64,000 nt of DNA from Octopus vulgaris (GCA_951406725.2 OX597822.1:66154001-66218000); one strand, 5' to 3'. Positions 27,401 through 41,189 are shown, counted from the first letter of the stretch. The notes: generated by a model not told the origin, from the sequence alone. A program made the numbers and translations.

Positions 27401-27970
27401 TATTGGGCTGTCCGGAAAGTTCGTACCGATTTATAAAAGGAAAGAAAAAGGTCAATGAATACTTGCCATTACATATTTAATAACCACATATGAACGATTT
27501 TGTTGCACAATGCGTCTCCATCTTCCCTTTAACTTGAAAATACCCACTTCCAGAATTGAGGTGGTTTCATGGCAAATAATTCATCAAGGTATCTTTTTAC
27601 GTCATCCAAGGAACTGAAATTTTTTTCCTCAAGACTGTTCTGCATAGACCTGAATAAGTGGAAATCCGAAGGAGCAATATCTGATGAATATGGATGGTGG
27701 GGTAACACATCCCAGCCGAGCTGCAGCAATTTTTGTCTGGTTCCCAAATGCACCAAGTGCCGAAAATGAACTTTCTTATCTTCCATTTTAAAGGGTTACA
27801 GAATTAATACAGGTTATAGGAACATAAAGCTTCTTCCACGAAAAGATAGCTTAAACTGTGCTCTAAATGGAGGTGTAGTCAAATCCTATTTTATGGACTC
27901 AACCATGTTCTAAAATAAGTCGAAAGATAAGCCACTATAAGTCGTCACGAACTTTCCGGACAACCCAGTA
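27401..27970 (-). mobile_element. Non-autonomous mariner (internal deletion derivative)
   Basis: TIRs TATTGGGCTGTCCGGAAAGTTCGT and ACGAACTTTCCGGACAACCCAGTA. The mini-ORF joins MEDKKVHFRHL to TRQKLLQLGWDVLPHHPYSSDIAPSDFHLFRS. Confidence 0.9.
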
Positions 27971-28532
27971 AAATCGCAAGTCTATTGTTTGTTTCGTACC
28001 AAATGACACTTTCAAACAGAAGAAAGCACGGTCTTGATGGCCTTTTCTCCATCCATAAACTCAATCCCGGACAGACAGAAAAGAAGCTGGGAAAAATACC
28101 TCTTTCGAAATTTTGCTATTTTAATATATACTAAACTACTATGTGTTCGCGTAAATACGACGAGAGCTTCTCAAGATCATGCATGTGATTTTGCCATGTT
28201 TACCGCTACCTGCTTCTACTGAGATGATGGAGTTAATTTTCTAGAGATAATATTACTGATTAGCTGGGATAAATATGCAATATGAATGGTTATTTCAATA
28301 GCGCTCAGCCTTTCGCATCAGACAGAGCCTACTTCGTTTTTCTATAGTAAACACGTACTTAAAAATGGACGATGCATTATCAGATTTTTATGCAATCATA
28401 GAAACTAAACACTTTATCAAGAACAACAACAGTGACATCAATAACAACTACTACAGTTCACATACGACTACCTCAAAATAAGCAGCAGATCATGATAATG
28501 GTCTACATCATGATTGCAATTACTTTTCATCA

Positions 28533-28585
<53 letters not shown>

Positions 28586-28750
28586 TTCTCTCTCTTTCTT
28601 ACACACACCTCATTATCATATACATCCATCCATACAACGTTAAATTCATACGAACCATATCTAGATAATGTGTATAAAGCACATGTAAATGCAAATATAT
28701 TGTCTTACGCTTTATATATTACACAAACATACACACACGTATGTATATAA

Positions 28751-28785
<35 letters not shown>

Positions 28786-29693
28786 TATATATGCGGACAT
28801 ATAGTGAAATGGGTAAATAGATTGATACGTAGATATATAGAGTGGAAAAGAGACAAGTCGATGTATACAAAGCAATTTATGTGGTTCGGCGTGTATGTGT
28901 AAATAAAAAGATATTAAAAGAAAAGGATGTTCCCAGTGCCAAAAGAAAGTAGAATTAAGGTCAAAAGTTCAAATTAAAAGAAAGGGTTTTTACATGTATT
29001 TGCTGCATTTCAAGACAATCAGCCATGCTCCCAACTCCTCACCCTAAGTACACGGTTTTTAGTGACATTTATGGGATTCGACCCTGTCTTCAACCACTTG
29101 AATATGAAGATGCATCGAGAAAATATTGTCCCATGTATTGTTCGTATGAAGAGGACTACTGAGAAACTGGCCATCTGTTCGGCCAGACGGAAATATTATT
29201 GGCGATATATCAGAGTTCTTGAATTTCTAGCGATAAATTTATCTGTTAAAGTGTCTGTTTTTGTGTGCTACCACAGCGATTAGCCATACAGAAGCTCTCC
29301 CGCAATCGTGAAAATTTCCGTACTTTTCAACTTAATCATATTCATACAAAAGTTTATACACGCATATAAGCAAAAGGTATTATGTAAATCTACTCAACGC
29401 ATTACATACGATTCTAAAACCAGGCTCGGCTAGCAACACAGACATATATTCAAATATATGTATGATATTTATACAAACCCATATGTATGTATACATATGT
29501 ATGTATACATATGTATGTATACATATGTGTCACTCGCACTTCAAATATCACGGTCTTAAACATAAGTGCAAATTAAATTAAGTTATAAATATTCAGGTAC
29601 AAACATACAATTCTATATATGCCTGTATGTACATGCGTATATATTACATGTACATATATACGTAATTAATGTCACACTCTGTATATATGATAC

Positions 29694-29733
<40 letters not shown>

Positions 29734-30373
29734 TACACACATATACACATATACACACACACATACACACATATATATATATGATAGTATGTTTTATGTA
29801 TAGACACTGATAGAGGGTATTAACAAATATACAAGCGCGTGTATATAAATATATATGTATGTGTGTGCAGGTTTGCTTGTATACATAGATATACAAGCAC
29901 ATACACACACTCGCTAGTGTATAGGCGTATTCGTTATATGTATGTATATATGAATGATAACCTGCCACGAGAGTGCAAATGAAATACACACTCAAACAGT
30001 AAAGAGAACACTTCATCAACAGAAATAAGATACCCATTCGTAATTACAGTACTGAGAGGAAAAATTTGATATGTCTTTTGATAGCTACATTTATCATGAA
30101 CAAAATATTAAGTGGACTGCAGTTTTCCATTTATTAATTTTGTTTAAGTACAATGGTCTAAAGGATAAGGGAAGAATCAATAACAAAATGGTTTCTCTAA
30201 ACGCATGCCAATTATAGCAGGAAAATCTAAAAGAGAGGTCATAATGATAGTGAGTTCAGCAATTTGGATTTTCTTTAAGAGAATTTTGTAATTTCAATAT
30301 AATGCCCCTTACTAGAAAGAAAAAGACAAGGAAAATATAATATTAACCATAAAATAAATACAAGAATTCCCCC

Positions 30374-30440
<67 letters not shown>

Positions 30441-30452
30441 TAGATAGATAGA

Positions 30453-30522
<70 letters not shown>

Positions 30523-30538
30523 TATATATATATATAGA

Positions 30539-30572
<34 letters not shown>

Positions 30573-30754
30573 AATAGATAGATAGATACATACATACATA
30601 CATACATACATACATACATACATACATACATACATACATACATACATACGTGTGTGGTTGTGTGTGTCTCTATGACTGTAAGTATATAATGGTGTATGGA
30701 TATATGCAAAAGTTTATTCAAGTTAAAATCTGTCTCAAGGCTACAGATCTAACT

Positions 30755-31000
30755 CATTTCGTTTCATGCGGCGTTTATTGGAACCCGGTTACGCGATACC
30801 CCTTAAACAAGAGGCGAATCCCCGGAAGGTTTTGCAACAAATGACATCCCTCCTACCCTGGAAGCTGCTGACAATCTGTTTCATTTGGATGAGCTGAAGC
30901 AGTGTGAAAGGAAGTGCTTCCTCGAGGCCAACACGCGCCGCCCGCTACCACGAGCAAACACCAAATGCAACGGTCGTGACCCCGACATTCCACCCTTAGG
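30755..31000 (-). mobile_element. Old SINE remnant (family C-like)
   Basis: GAGCTGAAGCAGTGTGAAAGGAAGTGCTTCCTCGAGGCCAACACGCG resembles the reverse complement of the family C central domain. Confidence 0.5.
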
Positions 31001-31536
31001 ACAATCAGTTACGTTCTAACAGGTATAAAGAAAGCTATCAATATAAGGAATGTCACAATATGTTCGAATGTCGAATAAAATATTTCTTTAGTATGGTATC
31101 AAAAATTGCATAATACGTTTGTATGCGTTATTCAGATTTAAAACTTTCTCTTCATATGCGTAGAAGAAAAAGGCAGAGAATGTTGGTTATATATGAAAAT
31201 GGGGCATTATCCTGGGCGGGTTTTAATAAAAAAAAACAAGTAGTAAGGGTGGAGCGGGTTCCTATATGCACACTCAAGCGTATACTGAGCTATACTTGCG
31301 AACAAAGCACTTGTAGAAATAAGACATACGCAATTGTGAAAGAATTTATACATACGTACATATACATACATGCCCACGTACGCATACATATACATACATA
31401 TATATATGAGTGGGTGTGTAGTATGTCTATCTACCCATATATATGTGTGTGTGTGTATGTATATATATATATATATGTATGTACATGTATATATATATAT
31501 ATGTACATATATATATGTGTATGTATATGTGTATGC

Positions 31537-31895
31537 GTGGTGCCAAGGATTCCAACATCACCATCAAAATACAGGTCCAGATACTGCAACAGCTTGGGTT
31601 TCAGTGGACCACAGCTCTTTAACATCCTCCCTCTAAATGCCTGAGAGACTTACATGGTGTGGATGTGGGTTTCTTTAAAACTAAACTGGATCTCTTCTTG
31701 TTGGGAGTCCCAGATGAACCTACCTCACGACAGGAGACACGGATGCGGGCAGCAGCATCGAACTCCCTTGTTGATCAAGTGCCACGTATCAGAGGTGGAT
31801 TCACAAACTAGTGTAGCTCATTCAGCGGTGGTGCCCCAGTATGGCCGCGGCCTTCGGGCTAAAACATTTTTAAGGATTTAAGGATTTAAGGATTT
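31537..31895 (+). mobile_element. CR1-group LINE 3' end
   Basis: YCNSLGFSGPQLFNILP, a frameshift, then LRDLHGVDVGFFKTKLDLFL (CR1/L2-group ORF2 C-terminus). A short 3' UTR stem-loop and three AAGGATTT octamer tail repeats follow. Confidence 0.8.
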
Positions 31896-31910
31896 ATATA
31901 TATATATATG

Positions 31911-31969
<59 letters not shown>

Positions 31970-31973
31970 ATAC

Positions 31974-32031
<58 letters not shown>

Positions 32032-32568
32032 ACGGGGAATTACACGTGCAGACGCTTATCAAAACTCATGAGGCGGTTGAGTTTCAATCTTGTGGCCATT
32101 AAACTCATATATCAACTAAATTACTCGAAAGAATTACGAGACAATTACTACAGAATAATTAACCGCTCATATCGTATAACGACTGTGGGAGAAAATGTCA
32201 CCAACATACGTGAGATAGAAAATAGCCTTCCTTACATTAACAAGATATTCACGTATTGGAGTTGAAAATGATTTAGGGAACTCCTTGATTAGCTTAAATA
32301 AAAAAAAAAAAGTTGCACAAAGAATTTCTGCCAGGTAAAACGAGAAAATGGGTTTAATAGAATATAGTTTGTGAATATTATTACTATTATGTAATAGGGA
32401 TGAAGTGTGGCATAGTGGTTGGAGAATTGTAATCACCATCGCGAGATCGCGGTTTCAGTTCAGAAACCGGGTGGTGCTCTGTGTTCTTTAGTAAAATACT
32501 CCATCTTACGTTACTCTGCGATCATTTCGACATCTGACGCGTGGTACAGCGTTCAACTTTATAGGGTA

Positions 32569-32957
32569 CTAGCAGTATCGCCCGGCGTTGCTCGGGTTTG
32601 TAAGGGAAATAACTATATAAGCATTTTTAGAGATGTAAAGTATAATAGCCATCTCAATATGGCTAACCACAAAGGGGAGGTGTAGCTTTTTACGTTCTGA
32701 GATTTAATAATAAATTTTTAGAGAGTTACTTCCCTTATATATGCCAAAAATGTATTAAAAATGTGAAAAATTGATGATAATTTTTTTTTAAATCGTAGAC
32801 TCATCGTAGACGAGCGCTAATACCCAGAAGGGCTCGATATGAATCACGACTATAAGATACCCGGTTTTGGTTAAACTGCACCGCAAAATGTGGGAGTAGT
32901 TAGGAATCTAAATCGTAGGAGACAGACAGCACACAACCTCTCTTTTATATATAAAGA
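32569..32957 (-). mobile_element. Non-autonomous Helitron-like element
   Basis: On the minus strand it starts TC (TCTTTATATATAAAAG) and ends with a CCCG..CGGG hairpin followed by CTAG. It sits between host A and T with no TSD, and interrupts an older SINE remnant (32400-32568, resuming at 32958). Confidence 0.8.
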
Positions 32958-33352
32958 TGTCGTCGATTTGATGGAGTGTGTGAGCACATACATTTCGGAA
33001 CACATTCATCGCCCTCGACTTGATACTACATTGTTACTTAATTAAATGGCCATGTGGATTAGCAGAATGATTAAAGCGTAAGAAATCGCTGGAAGTAATT
33101 TTTGTAGTTATTTATGCCATGTCTACAAATTCCGTCGACGTCTACTTTGTATTTTTTCTCTTCACGATCGATAACATAATGTACCAGTCATGAGTTCAGA
33201 GGTTGAGGGCATCTGCTTATCCTCACCCTCATAACAGTTACACTTGTACGTTAATCGGAATGTAAAAGAACATTTTATGGTAACAACAATATTATTTATA
33301 ATGCAAATTAATCTTATTTCACATATGCATATACACAAGCTCAACATAAAGC

Positions 33353-33385
<33 letters not shown>

Positions 33386-34114
33386 ACGTACGTATGCATG
33401 TAGTGATGTATTTATGAATGTATATTAATGCACTATTATTAAAAGATTGAGTTTGCCCAAGTTGACGCTCGCACACGTACAAACCTACGTACATACACAG
33501 AATCGCACACACACACACGAATACAGACACACACACATACATATATATATGCGTGTGTTTGTGTGTGTGCGTATGTTTGCGCGGTCAGAGTTTCTAATTA
33601 CATATTTATGAGCGTGTATACGTGTAACTATTAAAGATAATTGATTTAATAATAATGATTCTATTAATTAACGTGATAAATTTCTTTGGCTTTCTTGACT
33701 TATTTTAATCTCTTAAACCGTTACTTAATATATTATGAAACAGAATCATCTGCACGCACTATTAAAAACACTATACATACATGCTAGTGTATATATATAT
33801 ATTATGCGTGTGTGCCTGTATGCATATGTGTATGTGTGTGTGTCCGTGTGTGTTTGTATATATATACACGCACACATGCGTATGCACCCTCATATGCATG
33901 CAGAAAAGCATGCGGTCTAGTACATGTGTATCTTTATGTAATTGTAGTAACACACAGCATTAAGACAATGGTTAATAACTCAAATATTCAATCATACACG
34001 CAAGCTCAATAGCATGAACACACACTTGCATGCATATATACACTTTACTTACACGTACATACAAACACACACGCACACACAGACACACACACATACAGAA
34101 GCGCATATATATAG

Positions 34115-34346
34115 TGTCTACTATAGCCTCGGGCCGACCAATAACTAGTGAGTGGATTTGGTAGACGGGAACTGAAAGAAGCCCGTCGTATATATGTATA
34201 TATCTATGTGTGTGTGTGTGTGTGTGTTTGTCCCCCAACATCGCTTGACAACTGATGGTGGTGTGTTTACGTCTCCGTAACTTAGCGGTTCGGCAAAATA
34301 ATCCGACAGAGTAAGTACTATACTTACAAAGTATAAGTCCTGTGGT
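34115..34346 (+). mobile_element. SINE family A, partial
   Basis: CTACTATAGCCTCGGGCCGACC..GTGAGTGGATTTGGTAGACGG..AACTTAGCGGTTCGGCAAAA. Confidence 0.85.
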
Positions 34347-34359
34347 CATATATATATGA

Positions 34360-34428
<69 letters not shown>

Positions 34429-34764
34429 TGCAGCGTGGAAGGTGTTTATAAGCCATTTAAGAATCACACAAAAGCCGTTCGATTCACTTCAACATTTAAG
34501 TCTAATTTGTCAAAATATTTTCGTCGCTAAAATCCGCGACCTGTTCACTGACAAAATTCCGTGCTGCATCTGCATTCTTGTCAGTGAACAGGTCGCGGAT
34601 TTTAGCGACGAAAATATTTTGACAAATTAAACTTAAATGTTGAAGTGAATCGAACGGCTTTTGTGTGTTTCTTAAATGGCTTATAAACACCTTCCACGCT
34701 GCATTGTTTTCGTTTCAGCACACGATCTCAGATCAAATTACTTGCTATGCGAGTACATCTCCGT
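34429..34764 (+). mobile_element. Fold-back PLE-like mini-element in (TA)n (126-bp arms, 23-bp spacer, ~61-nt tail)
   Basis: Arms at 34429-34554 and 34578-34703 are reverse complements with two mismatches. Tail at 34704-34764; (TA)n flanks. Confidence 0.8.
34578..34625 (+). ncRNA. Hammerhead-like motif with G3-C8 core variant (mirror copy on minus strand at 34507-34554)
   Basis: Stem I TTGTCA/TGACAA, core GTGAACA plus an extra G, stem II GTCGC/GCGAC, GAAA at 34610-34613, palindromic stem III AATATT, and U at position 17. Confidence 0.6.
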
Positions 34765-34811
34765 GATATATATATATATACATATATATATACATATATA
34801 TATATATAAAT

Positions 34812-34853
<42 letters not shown>

Positions 34854-34903
34854 ATGTAGCAATTTGTAACAACCAATAATTAACGTAACCAAACTTCTAC
34901 ATG

Positions 34904-34948
34904 TTACTTTTGACAATCATTTTCTAAAGAGTGAAACCGGTAAAGTAA
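34904..34948 (+). ncRNA. Decayed minimal hammerhead in a ~180-bp TA-flanked insert (34850-35030)
   Basis: Stem I TTACTT/AAGTAA, core TTGACAA (decayed CTGACGA), and GAAACCGGTA with palindromic stem III. Confidence 0.55.
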
Positions 34949-35029
34949 ATAAACATCTTTTAAAATTACATTTTCAAACCTTCTTTCGTATATAATCCCA
35001 CTCGTGCGGTACCCTACAACTCCACTTTG

Positions 35030-35060
<31 letters not shown>

Positions 35061-35063
<3 letters not shown>

Positions 35064-35945
35064 TCAGGGTGAATACTTGATAGTTGTAAGCACGTTGATT
35101 ATTAATAACAAAGACAATTTACGAGGAAGTAGATAAACTGTTTAGCCACAAACAAGACAACCCAGATTGACCAATCCATTTGGTCTCCAAACAGTTAATT
35201 TATGACACCCGCCATTACACCGGTAGGCCTCAACAACCGGAATACGGTATCTTCTGACCACCCTGTTAGTTCTTCACCCTCTTACATTTCTTCCTTCATC
35301 CCCTTATATAGTCTTTTAGTTTCTTACCCTTATTATTTTTTTTCGTCCTTAATTTTCGCCTCTTTATCTATATCTCTATTTATTTATTTTACCAGGTTTT
35401 TTTCACGTCCGTGTGTATTTATATATATATACTTATATATTTATTTATATATTTATATACTTAGATACTTTTTTTTATATTCTTATATATATTTTTATCT
35501 TCTTATATATTTTTCTGTATTCTTATATCTTTTTTTATATTCTTATATCTTTTTTATATATTGTTTTTAAATTTTACTCTTTTGTAATCTTTTATTCTTT
35601 TACTCCCCCTTTGTGATCCCTAACCCACTAAAGATTCACCCCTGCAACCCCTTCCCTCTCTTGCTCAACACCCAAACTTCCTCATTCTACATCAAGTCAA
35701 AAGCGGGATGGACGCTTCGATTTCGTGTTGGTGCTCCACTCTGTCGTACGCGACTATGAAGATTTGCATCCCCAATATAAAACTTATAATGTAATATATG
35801 TCCTTGAAGTAGTAATTGTACGCGGCTGAAGAAGGCCATAGACACGCATTTACATCAATTATGCATTGTTATAAAACCGTCTAATAAAGGCCCGAAACAT
35901 ATGTACCGCTAAATCCTTTGAATCATGTTTTTATTTTGATTAATA

Positions 35946-35948
<3 letters not shown>
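35061..35948 (+). mobile_element. PLE 3' fragment (end of GIY-YIG ORF plus pLTR) in (TA)n
   Basis: AITPVGLN resembles the T..P.GLN ending of PLE GIY-YIG domains. A long pyrimidine-rich UTR and a hammerhead near the 3' end follow; (TA)n flanks. Confidence 0.6.
35822..35909 (+). ncRNA. Type I hammerhead with extended stem II
   Basis: Stem I GCGG/CCGC, CTGAAGA at 35826-35832, stem II GGCC/GGCC enclosing TAGAC/GTCTA and GCAT/ATGC helices, GAAA at 35894-35897, palindromic stem III ACATATGT, GUA triplet. Confidence 0.75.
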
Positions 35949-35994
<46 letters not shown>

Positions 35995-37552
35995 TATATA
36001 CATACATATATCTACATATATATACATATACATTCATACATATATCTACATATATATACATATACATTCATATATATATATATATATGTATCATACAGTT
36101 GAATACATAATCATGCTGTAATACGTTTTCAAGTATACACATCAGTAGTATAATGGTGTTTTTTACTCCCCCCCCCCAAAAAAAAAGATATCGCATGGTT
36201 TAAAAGCATTTTTTAACCATGCGATATCATCCTCGTAAACATTGGACTGGATGGAAAAAAACACATTTATAGCATTATAGTGATTGATATTATTTATTAC
36301 AAATATAAAATTAGAAAGGATGATGAAAAAAACTCCTCCTTCACACGTAGCCTTCTACAAATAACGAACAAATTATTAAAAAAATATGTAAGTTTTCAAT
36401 AATAATAGATTTAGTATGCATTGTTGTGGGTTTTATGTTATGTGGCAAATTTTTTTGTAAGTGACACCCAATAACATGTTTATAAAGAATAATATCAATC
36501 AGGATAATGTCATAGGCATTTTTTTTTTGTTTTGTAAAATGTGAAATAATGATGAGAAATGCCATGGAATTCTACATTTTCTGCGTAAACAATGAAAATC
36601 ACTTTCAAAAATGACTGGAATTGTTATAGGTAGAGGTACTGGCTACACACAGTAACGCACGCATACAAGCATACATACACACACACTCACAGACACATAA
36701 ATAAACACACACAACTTTCTAACACTCGCGCAGTAATAAGCAGATGTGGTTATCATTCACTCGATTTGAGAATATAACTTTCTCTTTGTACACATATTAC
36801 TTTAAAATGCCTCATCGCCTGTCTCCTTCCACAAAAACTTGATCCTGTTTTAAATTCTTTTCTGATAAACGTTGCACATAATTTGTTTAAGAATCTCATC
36901 AAATTAGCTCTATCGCTGGGCACCCGTCAGAGATGGATTTTCGCTCAGCAGCAACTGGACCCGAAAAACAGTAGAGTCCCAGTGGCGAACTTGCACTGCT
37001 TACATAGAAACTTACTGTTTTGTTCTCCCATCATGTGACCATTCGTGGATGAAAAATTTAACTGTTGGATGTGTTGTGGAACCACAAATTAAGCAGGTAC
37101 GTTAAACTCTAGATCCACTGCCATAGAAAGCTTCAACATCTTTATTTTTCGGATAGGGCTTTCAGTATTTGACCGTAGGGAGGAATCTTCTCAAAATGAC
37201 AAGCTATTTTCCCTCGTTTGAGATATCACACAGTTCTAGTATTTGTGACATATTTCCTATGAAAAATGTTGGTTTTCCAGAATCTAAGGTTGATCTTTGA
37301 GGCAAATTTATTTCCTGGTTTGAGCTTGGGTTTTTTTCGGGTACTAATCCTCGAAATCACGAAAACTAATGGCTTGAAATAAGACTCATTATATATAGCC
37401 CTTAATGAAGAAAACTTCAGCACGTAAAATTCTGTCTTTCCCTGCATTTCTATAACAGAGACAAACATTTACCAACTAATGTTTTATCATTTTACACATC
37501 TGAAGAAGTTCCTTAACTACTCCAATGGATCGTCGATACTGGGTGCATGTTT

Positions 37553-37675
37553 TGACCGATAGAATAAGTACTAGGCTTCTAAAGAATAAGTCCTGGGGAC
37601 GATTTGTTCGACTAAAGGCGGTGCTGCAGCATGGCCACAGTCACATGACTGAAACAAGTAAAAGAATAAAAGAAT
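37553..37675 (+). mobile_element. SINE family A 3' tail fragment
   Basis: GACCGATAGAATAAGTACTAGGCT...GGCGGTGCTGCAGCATGGCCACAGTCACATGACTGAAACAAGTAAAAGA. Confidence 0.85.
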
Positions 37676-40213
37676 ATTACAAAAATTGGTAACGCATCTT
37701 CTATCAATCCTTTCTATCCCTGTATTTTTTAAACAAGTTCTCGATATAACTAAAACATATTTCTTTACATTCTTTCCCAGCAGATTCGCAAAGTTTTCTT
37801 ATCTGCCAAAGTTGTCTTATATGCTACTTCTAATTCAATTAGCGTTGTATCAAGATTCATTTCTATGTGTTTAAGAGAATTAAACAAAGAAAACCAGCGT
37901 TTGTAAACAGTAAAGATTCGAAATATGTGATGAGACGTTGCGGGGTGTATATTTATTTTTTCTCACAATGTAATGCAAAGAAAGACTTATAATTATTATA
38001 TGTCTAAGATTAGTTGATGTTACTACCAATACTATCAGTTTCCAGACGATTAACCTCACATTAAGAGTGTATATTTGCAATGCATAGGTCTTCACTACGC
38101 TTCATTAGCTTTATCTCCGAATATTATTAATATGTTTACAATGTACACATCCAGGAATAAGACACCTGAACGCCAATCGAACTATTAAATCGAGACGTGG
38201 TATTGATGAAAATAGTGTATCTACTACACTGGAAAGTAAAAGTTAATTATCCGTAAAATTTTAATCTTGTATTCTTGGAGTTGTAAATCATGCACATCGC
38301 ATGATAATGAATCAGGCAGAAAAGTGTAACTTTCAATTAAAATGTAAAATTGTAACATTTTCATTTATACGAAGAAGAAACTGGCCGTTGGCCAAGAGGT
38401 TCTGAGGCTGTCTGACAATCTCATGATGGATGAACGTTTCGTGTCCTAAATCAAGCAATTAATTTTTCCCAAGTCCAAGACAACTGAAAATTATTACAAC
38501 CGTTTACGAAGAGGGTAAGAATTTCAATACTGTTTATCAAGATGTTAATAACCACGATTGCATAGTATAATATATATTTATCAATAACAGGAGTCAAATC
38601 TGTTGTCGCGAGTAAAATGTTCTCCAAATACGTTCATAAAAAGTAATATGCAATCAGATAAATACAGTGCAGTTGTTTTTGATTTGTCACCAGATTTTAA
38701 GGTATTAAGAAAAATATCACTTATATAAAATCGTTCTGTCTGCCTGTCTGTACATAACTGCACCTTCCATTTGTTGTTGTTTTTGTACTGCTTAAAGGTA
38801 CGTTTCTTTCCTGCCAAACTTACTATTTAAACTATGTTTATGTTCTCCCAGTCAACAGCCTTACCACTACTGGTACCTTAAACTCTTCGGCTGCATATTT
38901 GTGTGAATAAAATCATTTTTCTTTGGAGTAGAAAAAAAGTCTATCTTTATTTCTTCTTTTGCTGGTGTCTCAAATTTAGATTAAATCAGTGTTTCACAAA
39001 GGAGAGGACTATGGGACGGTCGGACAAGTTTTTTTGAGAAAATTTGGTTTAAATGTTTGACAACTGAGCACCGTCCATGGGACAGGGAGAGTTTTGCTCG
39101 TAATTATATAGTTCAGCAAACACTTCGTTTCCTACAGAATATTTCCATTAATTTCCCTCACTGCTCTTTATGTAATTTGTACATTTGTATATACTGATTG
39201 TACGTCATAAATACACTTCATTAAGAATTAAAAGAAGTTGATACAATATTCGACTCGATTTTAAGATATAATGTTACATATAAAGATTGTAACAACTTGT
39301 AGAATGCTTGGGTAAATTAGATATAGTATCTGTATAATGTATACTCACCAACAATTCTAATTAAACAAAAACTGTAATGACGTCAACGTCAACGACGGCG
39401 AAGATAATGCCAACAACCTCACAGTCAAAGCCACATCAATATGTCTAACATAGCAAAACTGCAAGAACGGCGGAAATAGTATTAACGATAATAATAACAA
39501 TAGGAACCAAATAAAACCACATTAAAACAATAGTGAGAATCATTTTTTTTCATTCTAGCCTCAAGTGCTGGAGATATAGAAAAAAAATTAAGTTTTAGTC
39601 GGTGGTACAAAGAAAGAAAAGATAATATCGCTTGTGTAAAAAACAAGCACATTTCCAGTTTACGAAGGGAGGAGTTAAGAGGCACTATACAATATACAGA
39701 AGGATTCGTTAAGAATTTTAAACGTTCACAGACATACACATTTCAAAAGCATATGAATACATATACACACATACATATATACACACGCAAACACATTCCT
39801 GTAAGATTACATATTTGCATAGGAAATAAATTTAAAATTACAATAAAACGATAATTAAAAAATGTCCTTTAAGGCATAATTCAATTTCTTCCCAATTTCG
39901 CCTTCTCGAACAAAATGTGCAGAGGGTGTCTACATTACACCTGGCGCTTGATCCATGGAAATTCTATCACTTGATCAATGTCGAAGGGGTTTTCTTTTCT
40001 GTGTCTGTGGTGCATCAGGAACTCTATACTTATCGGAGGAGATTTCCAAGCAAGCCTACACATTTCCAGGATTTCCTGTTATAGCGCACTCAACACAGGA
40101 CCGGAACCATTCACCATATATTTAATTCTGGTTGTGCTCCATCTAACACCGTTAATTTTATCAGTCACCATTACATATGTGGTGCAAAGTGGATGTTATC
40201 ACTAAGCAGGATG

Positions 40214-40448
40214 AGGTGGTGTGCTGGCCGAAACGTTAGCGCGCCGGGCGAAATTCCTAGTGGTATTTCGTCTGCCGTTTCATTCTGAGTTCAAATTCCG
40301 CAGATGTCGACTTTGTCTATCATCCTTTCGAGGCCGATAAATTAAGTACCTGTTACGCACTAGGGTTGATGTAATCAACTTAATCCCTTTGTCTGTCCTT
40401 GTTTGTTCCCTCCATGTTTAACTCGTTGTGGACAATAAAGAAATAAGA
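40214..40448 (+). mobile_element. SINE family B, monomeric copy
   Basis: Head GCTGGCCGAAACGTTAGC and a single unit ending TTGTGGACAATAAAGAAATA. Confidence 0.85.
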
Positions 40449-41167
40449 ATGAGGGCGGATGAGTTACATCTCGACTCCTCTTTGGCGAGTTTCACATCTA
40501 CTATCTGTATCGACGGTGGGGAGTAAAAAAATGAAAAACATTCATTGGTTTCTATATAGCCTAAATCCACTTTTTACAGGAGCATTATCAGTTTTCCTGT
40601 GAGCCGACATTTCGTACCTATGCTACACTATATAACTGTGCATTATTTCATTGAAGTATATGACTTATTACTAAAGATATTTTGTCGTAAGTATCATTTG
40701 TAAATTACCACAAACCATTTCCGTTCTTGTTCCCGCGTTTTAAAATTATTTTCGTGTGATCGTTGTCACTTCTTATATTGTTTATTTTATCTCTAACAAA
40801 GTCTGAGTTTATATGACAGCTTTCTGTCAAGAAGTGATAATTTTTCTCTGCTTGTGAAATATATGCGCCGTATTATATATATATCTATATAGATTTTCGT
40901 TTTATTCAAATGATATGCTTTGGAATACTGCCACAATAGCCCATAGCAAATTGGGTTGAATATAAACATAAATAAAACAACGTAGAACAGTCGAAATATG
41001 ACAAACTCTGTTCCTCAACCAGTATCTGCGACAAGTCCTTGATATTCTACGAGATGTCTCCGGAGAAAATATATTTACAGCTATTTCTTTTCTTCTGTTA
41101 TGGCTTCTAATTCGTTTAATCTAGCTGAGCGGCAGGTCATATTCGTAACTATATCAAACAGAAATGG

Positions 41168-41189
41168 CAATAATAAAAATAAAAATAAA

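Noticed and set aside
36850-40200. Repeat-poor stretches as candidate host exons
   Set aside because: I found no recognisable protein motif or convincing splice-bounded frame. Short exons cannot be excluded without RNA-seq.
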